Shown: positions 1 through 7,685 of the stretch, in pieces | Layout of the letters: each line of letters opens with the position of its first letter | Numbering within the stretch: the first letter of the stretch is position 1 | From: Acidimicrobiaceae bacterium | Lineage (GTDB): Bacteria > Actinomycetota > Acidimicrobiia > Acidimicrobiales > Aldehydirespiratoraceae | DNA: 64,000 bases | Reading direction: 5' to 3' | Assembly: GCA_009844405.1 (NCBI GenBank) | Contig: VYBO01000022.1 | Coordinates: forward strand, 33,878 to 97,877 | The notes under the pieces: model-generated | Seen by the model: only the letters and a program-made list of their open reading frames with translations | Database searches by the model: none | What the model was told of the DNA's origin: nothing | Made by a program: the position numbers and the translations under genes

Positions 1-1858
1 GACTTCGGGCTGATGGACGCAATCGAGTCGGGCCTGGTGAAGGTGCCCCGGGTGCCCGTCGACGACGACACCTCGGAGTCGCTGACCGCCTGGCGCCGCC
101 TGTACGACGCGACCCCGCACAAGAGGCTCCCCAAGCGAAGCGACGACCCCGCCGCGGTGCTGCCGGAGCCTCTCGCCGGGGCGCTGGCCGCCTCGGTGCG
201 GGAGTGGCGCGACGCCTACGAGCGGACCCTCGGCCGCCAGCCGACGCCGCCGGTGATGATCGTGGTGGCCAACACCGTCGCGAACGCGACGGCGCTCTAC
301 GAGCACATCGCCGGCTGCGAGACTCCCGACGGGCGACTGGTCGAGGGCCTCTACGAGGAGTTCTCCAACGTCGTTACGGCCGGCGAGGGCGCCGCTCCCG
401 CATGGCGCAGCGAGCCTCGCACGCTGCTGGTGCACTCGCGTCTCGACGACGACGACGCCATCGGGGCCGGCTTCAAGAAGCGGTTGGCGGAGCAGGCCAG
501 GCACATGGGCGACGACGCGCCCGCCGACGCGGTGCGCGAGGCGCTCAACACCGTCGGCAGGCAGCGCCGCCTCGGCGAGAAGGTGCGCTGCGTGGTGTCG
601 GTGTCGATGCTCACCGAGGGCTGGGACGCTCGCACCGTCACCCAGATCCTCGGCTTCCGGGCGTTCTCTTCGCAGCTGCTCTGCGAGCAGGTCACCGGCC
701 GGGCGCTCCGCCGCACGTCCTACGAGTCCTTCCGCGACGAGCCCGGCAAGGAGCATCTGCTGTCGCCGGAGTACGCCGAGGTGCTGGGCATCCCCTTCGA
801 GTTCATGCCGGCGAGGGAGTCCGCTGCGCCCGTCGACCCGCCGACGCGTGTGGCGGTGAGCACCGTCGAGGGACGATCCGGTCTGCGGATCAGCTGGCCT
901 GTCGTGGTCGATTACCTGACCGTGGCCTCATCGTCGGGATTCCGGCTCGACCCGGGCCGTGTGCGGCCGGCCTCGCTCAGCGAGAACGCCGAGGCCGAGA
1001 TCGTGGAGGTCGCGGGCGTGTCGGGCGCCACGCACCTGCTGTCGCCCGACGAGGACCGCCGCCAGAAGGCCGCGAGGGTGCGCTGCGCCGCCGAGGTGGC
1101 CAACCTCCTCACCGACGGCGCGGCGCCGCCCGCGGCGGGGCGCGAGCCGGCTGAGGACGGGCCCGGCGGGCCGCCGGACGGGCTCGCCGGCGCCGGAAGG
1201 GGCGCCCTGTTCGTGAGCGCCTACAGGGCGGTCGGCGACTGGCTCGCCCATCCCGGCGTCGACTGCCCCAGGCCGTCGGTGCTGCTGCGCCACCGCGACA
1301 AGCGCGACCATTACAATGACCTGATCGCCGCCTGTCGTTTCGCGCCCGAGACCCCCCCCCCGCAGGATCGCAGCTCTCGCGTCGAAGGCGCTCGACGACA
1401 CGGCAGACGTGCGCTTCGAGACCACGCTGCGGCACATCCACCAATGCGCTCGCAGCGAACTGTCGCACGCGGCGTGCCACTCACGGCTTGAACTCGACTG
1501 CGCCCGCATCCTCGATCAGCATCGGGCGGTAGAGGCCTGGGCCCGCAACTTCAGCCTCGGATGGTCGCTGCCGTACCACTTCGACGGCGCATGGCGGCGC
1601 TACGAGCCTGACTTCATCGTCCGGCTGGGCAACGGGCTGAACGTCATCGTCGAGTGCAAGGGGATCGCCGACGACAAGGCCCTCGCCGCTGAGGCCTGGA
1701 CCCGTGGGCACTGGATCCCGGCAGTCGAGGGCACGCCGCATCTGCCCGACGACCTGCGCCACTGGGCCTACGAGATCGTCTTCGAGGCGGATCGCCTGCC
1801 GGGTCGCCTCGACGAGCTCGCGAAGGCTCCCGTCAGGAGCGGGTCCGATGCCGGATGA
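1..1858 (+). pseudogene. res: Type III-like restriction enzyme Res subunit (SF2 helicase C-terminal half plus PD-(D/E)xK nuclease); 5' end cut by window edge; frameshifted at a C10 tract
   Basis: Frame of ORF 13..1491 is open from base 1 (DFGLMDAIESGLVKVPRVPV). It has the helicase motif V/VI region SMLTEGWDARTVTQILGFRAFSSQLLCEQVTGRALRR. After 1352-1361 this frame becomes Arg/Pro junk. The +1 frame (RRIAALASKALDDTADVRFETTL, then ORF 1409..1858) carries YEPDFIV...VIVECKG. Confidence 0.8.
1352..1361 (+). repeat. C10 homopolymer tract at the res frameshift point
   Basis: Direct count: a1351, c1352-c1361, g1362. Codons acc ccc ccc ccg match the track translation ETPPPQ. Confidence 0.95.
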
Positions 1859-1978
1859 CGCGTCTGTGCTCGGACGCGGACCAACGACCGTGGGCGGATC
1901 ACCGTCGAGCGAGCCTATGAACTCCGCCGTGTCACCGGAACTGCGATCGGGACTCGCTGAGCGGTCTGGGACCTCGCC

Positions 1979-4649
1979 GTGAGCGAGCCGCGCTCTTACG
2001 AGCACACCTCGTCGGAGCGGCTCAACCAGCCGACAGCGGAGACGTCGCCGCTGATGTCCGACGACGACCGGGCCCCGGCTCCGTTCACAGTGCCGAGACG
2101 GCTGCCGGAGGCGGTGGCGAACGCCTACGAGGCGGCGGTAGAACGCTGCGAGCCGGACCTCGACCGCGACCTGAGCGCGCATCCGCTGCTCGCCTGGGAC
2201 CGCGGCGGCGCCACCTCCCGGCTCGCCGGCGACGCCGGCGCCGACGCCGGCCACGACTTCTCGGGCGTGCCGCTGTACACGCGCGAGAAGGTCACGCCGG
2301 CGCTGCTGGTCGAGCAGCTGCGCCGTGTCGGGGCTCGCCACGAACTCCAGTTCGACTTCGACGGCTTGGCGGAGGACGGCGCGGAGCTGGAGTGGTACCA
2401 GCACTCGGGGCACTGGCAGAACCGCCTCATCCACGGCGACTCCTCCGCGGTGATGCAGTCGCTCATCGCCAAGGACGGGCTGCGCGGCCAGGTTCAGATG
2501 ATCTACTTCGACCCGCCCTACGGCCAGGCCTTCAAGTCGAACTTCCAGACCGAGGTCGGCAGCCTGGAGACCCCCGAGCGCCTCGACGGCGTGCCCTCGG
2601 GCGACACCGCCCCGCTGCGGGCCTTCCGCGACACCTACCGCAACGGCATCCACTCCTACCTCGACGGAATCCACGAACGGGCCGTGCTCGCACGAGAGCT
2701 GCTCACCGACACCGGATCGCTGTTCGTGCAGATAGGCGACATCAACGTCCACCGCCTCGCCCTCGTGCTCGACGAGGTGTTCGGTCCCGAGAACCGGATA
2801 GCCACGATCACCTGGCGCCCGACGGCGGGATCATCTGCCCGCACCCTGCCCGAGAGCGCCTCATACCTGCTCTGGTACGCCAAGGACAGGACGAGGTGCA
2901 AGTACAGGCAGCCATACGACGACCTGGACCGAGCAGGCGTTCTCGAGTTGTTCAGCAGCTACGCAATGATCGAAGAACCCGACGGAAGCACTCGGAAGCT
3001 CACAGTCAGCGAACGACTCGATCCCGCCTCCGAGATCGCCGATGACTGCCGTCTCGTACGTCGAATGAACCTGACCTCCATGGGATCATCCACGACCGGA
3101 CTTACGCGCTGGGTCGAGTACATTGGGCAGCGCTACCACTGCGGGGCCGGACGACACTGGCGCGCGTACGGCGGCAGAGCCGCCGTGCCCCGATCCCGAG
3201 CCGTGCGGATTGTGCTGGCTCGGCTGGAACGGTCGCCTTGACGCGAGCGGGGGAAGCCTCCAGTGGAAATGGTACGAGTCTGAAGTCCCAGGACGTCGAG
3301 TCGACAATGTCTGGCACGCCATGCGGCCAGTTGCAGGAAGAAGAAAGCGTTACGTGGTCCAGACATCCGATGCCATCGTCGAGCGCTGCGTGCTCATGAC
3401 CACCGATCCGGGAGATCTGGTGCTCGACCCGACCTGCGGGTCGGGGGTCACCGCCGATGTGGCTGAGGAGTGGGGGCGGCGCTGGATCACCATCGACGTG
3501 TCCCGGGTGGCCGTCGCGGTCGCCCGACAGCATCTCGCCACCTCCGCCTATTCGTGGCATCGCACCCTCGACGGCGGCAACGACCCCGCGGCCGGGTTCG
3601 TGTGCAGGACCATGCCCAAGGTGTCCGCCGGACGGCTCGCCGACCCCGGCACCGACTGGGAGCATCCCGACAACGTGATCCGCCTCGTCGACCAGACCGA
3701 CAAGGACGCCGGGCGGGTGCGGCTGTGCAGCCCGTTCACCGTCGAGTCGCACTCGCCGTACTCGTACCTGCCCTTCAGCGCTCCGGCGGCGGACTCCGGC
3801 GCCGGGCCCGGCCCGCCAAGCGATCTCGGGCTCGCCGCGGGCGACGCCGAACGGGCCGTGATCGAAGCGCTGCACCGGTCGCCGATCTGCGACTCCGGCG
3901 GCAGGACCCTGCTGGCGGTCGTCGACCACGAGCGCTGGCCCGAGGGCCGTCTCGCCACCCACGGCGTGACCTGCGTCCAGCCGGGCCGCGACGCCGAGAT
4001 CGCCGCCGCCTTGATGATCGCCGCGCCCGACGCGACGGTCACCGCCGAACTCGTCAAGCGGGCCGTCATCGAGGCGCGAAGGAACGTGCCGGACTGCCGC
4101 AACCTCATCGTCGTCGGCTTCGCGTTCGATCCCGACGTGCCCGCCGCGGTCAACGTCTGCAACGTTCACCGCGTGGTCGGCTCCAAGGACCTGCAGATAC
4201 CCGAGTTGTCCAAGAGCCCCGACGCGGGCACGTTCACGCTGCTGGGCGAGCCCGACTGCGAGGTGCGCCGCACCTCGGACGGGACCGGCCTGGTGGTGCG
4301 CCTCAACGGCTGCGACACCTACGACCCCAGCACCGGCATCGTGCGCGAGACCAGAACCGACGACATCGACTGCTGGATGATCGACACCGACCACGACTCC
4401 CTGTCGTTCATCGCCCGGCTGACGTTCTTCCCCAACGGCGTGCGCAACCGGTCCGGGCTCAAGGCGGCCATGCGCAGCCTCGCCAGAGACCTCGACCCCG
4501 ACGCCGAGGCCAACCTGACGTCGCTGCTGTCGCAGCCCTTCGACGTCCCCGGCAACAACCGGCCCGTCGCAGTGAAGGCCATCACCCGCACCGGCGCCGA
4601 GATGAACGCGGTCATCCACCCCGACGCCTGGCGGCCGGCCGACGAGTAG
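1979..4649 (+). pseudogene. mod: Type III-like DNA methyltransferase Mod (beta-class N6/N4 MTase with long C-terminal extension), split by a frameshift near 3225-3241
   Basis: ORF 1979..3241 has NRLIHGDSSAVMQSL and motif IV MIYFDPPYG. ORF 3123..4649 (other frame) has VVQTSDAIVERCVLMTTDPGDLVLDPTCGSGVTADVAEEWGRRWITIDV (motif I). The two ORFs overlap by 119 nt. Confidence 0.8.
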
Positions 4650-4690
4650 ACGCCCGGCCCTCAAGATCCTCGAAGCAGCGTGCCCGCCCC

Positions 4691-4954
4691 TCAGTTGGAG
4701 CGGTAGACGTGTCGGCGGTGCTGGATCCGGTGGATCATCACGACATCCTCGTCTTCCATGATTCTGTAGACGACCCGATACTCGCCTCTCCGGGCGGACC
4801 AGCAACCCATGAACTCGCCCTTGAGCGGCTTTCCTGCCCGTCGTGGATTCTCGGAGATCGCACCGATGACGGCAGCCATCGCCGCTTGGCGCACCTTCTC
4901 TGGAAGTTGGCCGAGGTTGCGCATAGCCTCAGCCGTGATCCTTGCCCGATACAA
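4691..4954 (-). CDS. RelE/ParE-family type II toxin
   Basis: 87 aa; LPEKVRQAAMAAVIGAISENPRRAGKPLKGEFMGCWSARRGEYRVVYRI is a typical RelE/ParE core. It lies 9 nt downstream of an antitoxin gene. Confidence 0.85.
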   Translation of the reverse strand: MYRARITAEAMRNLGQLPEKVRQAAMAAVIGAISENPRRAGKPLKGEFMGCWSARRGEYRVVYRIMEDEDVVMIHRIQHRRHVYRSN

Positions 4955-4963
4955 CGGGTTGCC

Positions 4964-5218
4964 TCAGAACGGGTCGGGAAAGGGCATGTGCTTCCCCTCG
5001 GCGGCTTCCTTGATCGACGTTCGAAGCGACTCGACCAGCTCGGGATCACTCATGATGTCGAGAGTCTCCTCGAGGGACTCGAGTTCGTCGGGACTCATCA
5101 ACACGAACGAGGGTCGGCCGTTGCGGGTCACCAGTATCCGGTCGTGCTGATGCTCGACGCGGTCGGCCATCTCAGAGAGACGGGCCTTGACTTCGGAGAA
5201 CGGTATCGTGTCTGGCAT
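4964..5218 (-). CDS. Phd/YefM-family type II antitoxin
   Basis: 84 aa; IPFSEVKARLSEMADRVEHQHDRILVTRNGRPSFVLMSPDELESLEETLDI is a typical Phd/YefM pattern. Confidence 0.85.
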   Translation of the reverse strand: MPDTIPFSEVKARLSEMADRVEHQHDRILVTRNGRPSFVLMSPDELESLEETLDIMSDPELVESLRTSIKEAAEGKHMPFPDPF

Positions 5219-5230
5219 GGCACCAGGATA

Positions 5231-5246
5231 GGTCAGAATATTGACC
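5231..5246. promoter_or_regulatory. AT-rich near-palindrome GGTCAGAATATTGACC just upstream of phd (candidate TA operator)
   Basis: 5-bp perfect arms GGTCA/TGACC, 13 nt from the phd start codon, in an otherwise GC-rich context. Confidence 0.3.
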
Positions 5247-5335
5247 TGTCAACTTCGCTCACCCCTGGGCGGGGACGGGTGGTTGAGAACCGGGCACTCT
5301 GCACTCAGGACCGAGCGGCGCGAGCCTGAGCCGGG

Positions 5336-7408
5336 TCAGCCACGGATCTCGGCCAGTTCTCTCCGTAGGTCTTTGATCTCGTCGCGCAGCCTTGCGGCGT
5401 ACTCGAAGCGGAGCTCGGCGGCGGCCTCCCGCATCTCCTCGTCGAGGGTTCGGATCAGGCGATCCAGCTCGGCGTCGGGCAGGTCGCCGAGGTCGGGGCC
5501 GTCCCGCCGACGGCGGGCCTCGGCCAACCCTCCCCCGCGCTCGCCCCCCACGCCGGCGTCGGGCACCGGCGCGCCGTCGCGGTCGGGGCGGATCATGGCC
5601 AGGATGTCGGTGACCGCCTTGCGGATGGTGGCCGGGTCGATCCCGTGGACCTCGTTGTGGGCCTCCTGGAGGCCCCGGCGCCGCATCGTCTCGGAGATCG
5701 CCCGCCGCATCGAGTCGGTGACCACGTCGGCGTACATCACCACCTGGCCGTCCACGTTGCGGGCCGCTCGCCCGATGGTCTGGATCAGCGACGTCTCGCT
5801 GCGCAGGAAGCCCTCCTTGTCGGCGTCGAGGATGGCCACCAGCGACACCTCCGGCAGGTCGAGCCCTTCCCGCAGCAGGTTGATCCCGACCAGCACGTCG
5901 AACTCCCCGAGTCTCAAGTCCCGCAGGATCTCGATGCGCTGGATCGTGTCGACCTCGCTGTGCAGGTACCGCACCCGCAGCCCCCGCTCCAGCAGGTAGT
6001 CGGTCAGGTCCTCGGCCATCTTCTTGGTGAGGGTGGTCACAAGCACCCGCTGGTCCCGCTCGGTGCGAGCCGAGATCTCGTCCAGCAAGTCGTCGATCTG
6101 GCCTTTGGTCGGCTTCACCACCACCTCGGGATCGACCAGCCCGGTGGGCCGCAGGATCTGCTCCACCACCTGCTCGGAGACCTGCAGCTCGTAGTCCCCC
6201 GGAGTGGCCGACATGAAGATCACCTGGTTGAGCCGGCTCATCACCTCGTCGAAGCGCAGCGGGCGGTTGTCGGCCGCCGACGGCAGCCGGAACCCGTGCT
6301 CGATCAGGGTCTCCTTGCGGCTGCGGTCGCCCTCGTACTGGCCGTGAAGCTGGGGCACGGCCACATGCGACTCGTCGATCACCATCAGGAAGTCCGCGGG
6401 GAAGTAGTCGAGCAGCGTGTACGGCGACTCGCCCGGACTCCGGCCGTCGATGGGCGCCGAGTAGTTCTCGATGCCGTTGCAGTAGCCGAGCTCGGCCATC
6501 ATCTCGAGGTCGTAGCTGGTGCGCATCTGCAGCCGCTGGGCCTCCAGCAGCTTGCCCTCTCGCTCGAAGCAGGCCAGGCGCGCGGCCAGCTCCACCTCGA
6601 TGCGCTCGATGGCGGCCTGCATCCGCTCCGCGGTGGTGGCGTAGTGGGTGGCCGGGAACACCACCAGGTCGTCCAGGGCCTCCAGCCGCTCGCCGGTCAG
6701 CGGGTCGACGACGGTGATGCGGTCCACCTCGTCGCCGAAGAGCTCGATCCGCACCGCGGCCTCGTCGTAGGCCCGGTGGATCTCGATGGTGTCGCCCCGC
6801 ACCCGGAACCTGCCCCTGGTCAGGTTCATGTCGTTGCGCTCGTACTGCATGTCCACCAGGCGGCGCAGGATCGACCGCTGGTCGTAGGTGGCTCCCCGGT
6901 GCAGCACGAGCAGCTGGGTCTCGTACTCGGTGGGGGAGCCGAGCCCGTAGATGGCCGACACCGACGCCACCACGATGGTGTCCCGCCGGGTGAGCAGCGC
7001 CGAGGTGGCCGAGTGGCGCAGCCGGTCGATCTCGTCGTTCACCGAAGAGTCCTTCTCGATGTAGGTGTCGCTGGCCGGCATGTACGCTTCGGGCTGGTAG
7101 TAGTCGTAGTAGCTGACGAAGTACTCCACCCGGTTGTGCGGGAACAGCTCCCGCAGCTCGTTGGCCAGCTGGGCGGCCAGCGACTTGTTGGGGGCCAGCA
7201 CCAGCGTGGGCCGCTGGGCCCGCTCGATGGTCCACGCGATGGTGGCGCTCTTGCCCGAGCCGGTGATGCCCAGCAGCGTCTGGAACCGGTGCCCGTCGGC
7301 CACGCCGGCGGCCAGGGCCTCGATCGCCTTGGGCTGGTCGCCGGCGGGCTCGAACGGGGCCACCACCTCGAAGGCCTTCCGATCGCTGGGCACGGTCACC
7401 GGCGGCAT
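5336..7408 (-). CDS. uvrB: Excinuclease ABC subunit B
   Basis: [13 protein letters not shown] Walker A, full-length UvrB-like sequence, C-terminal UVR domain ([12 protein letters not shown]). The start is set at [11 protein letters not shown] (7408). The ORF extension to 7552 is translated repeat DNA. Confidence 0.95.
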   Translation of the reverse strand: MPPVTVPSDRKAFEVVAPFEPAGDQPKAIEALAAGVADGHRFQTLLGITGSGKSATIAWTIERAQRPTLVLAPNKSLAAQLANELRELFPHNRVEYFVSYYDYYQPEAYMPASDTYIEKDSSVNDEIDRLRHSATSALLTRRDTIVVASVSAIYGLGSPTEYETQLLVLHRGATYDQRSILRRLVDMQYERNDMNLTRGRFRVRGDTIEIHRAYDEAAVRIELFGDEVDRITVVDPLTGERLEALDDLVVFPATHYATTAERMQAAIERIEVELAARLACFEREGKLLEAQRLQMRTSYDLEMMAELGYCNGIENYSAPIDGRSPGESPYTLLDYFPADFLMVIDESHVAVPQLHGQYEGDRSRKETLIEHGFRLPSAADNRPLRFDEVMSRLNQVIFMSATPGDYELQVSEQVVEQILRPTGLVDPEVVVKPTKGQIDDLLDEISARTERDQRVLVTTLTKKMAEDLTDYLLERGLRVRYLHSEVDTIQRIEILRDLRLGEFDVLVGINLLREGLDLPEVSLVAILDADKEGFLRSETSLIQTIGRAARNVDGQVVMYADVVTDSMRRAISETMRRRGLQEAHNEVHGIDPATIRKAVTDILAMIRPDRDGAPVPDAGVGGERGGGLAEARRRRDGPDLGDLPDAELDRLIRTLDEEMREAAAELRFEYAARLRDEIKDLRRELAEIRG

Positions 7409-7464
7409 CGGTGCCGATCGTACCGACGCGGCCCCGGTCCGAGCCACGGATCGGCCCGTTCTTG

Positions 7465-7607
7465 GAGGCCGAGCGGATAGGGAGCGATTGATGAGCATCA
7501 CGAGGCGCGCAGCGAGGCCGTGGCCCGAGCGGCCCGTGAGCGCAGCGAACAAGAGCGGGAATGACGCCGCTGCGACGCGAAGGGCTTCCGCCTACTCGCG
7601 CTCGCTC
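7465..7607 (+). mobile_element. MITE/REP-like element, copy A (long form)
   Basis: Begins GAGGCCGAGCGGATAGG and ends CGCGCTCGCTC. Contains the conserved core GAGGCCGTGGCCCGAGCGGCCCGTGAGCGCAGCGAACAAGAGCGGGA. Flanked by TTG at 7462-7464 and 7608-7610. Confidence 0.7.
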
Positions 7608-7648
7608 TTGATGTAGTTGTTCCGCTCCGAGACGGACAACTACATCAA
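7608..7648. promoter_or_regulatory. 13-bp perfect inverted repeat TTGATGTAGTTGT-N15-ACAACTACATCAA in the uvrB/lacZ divergent intergenic region
   Basis: Arms at 7608-7620 and 7636-7648 are exact reverse complements. The site is AT-rich relative to its surroundings and lies 38 nt upstream of the lacZ start. Confidence 0.4.
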
Positions 7649-7685
7649 GTTGCGGTGAGGGTGCCTCACGTTACGGTTTCGCCCC

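Noticed and set aside
7409-7464. An SOS (LexA) box upstream of uvrB.
   Set aside because: No TCGAAC-N4-GTTCGA-like palindrome is visible between the uvrB start and the MITE. The only strong palindrome (7608-7648) has an unrelated sequence.
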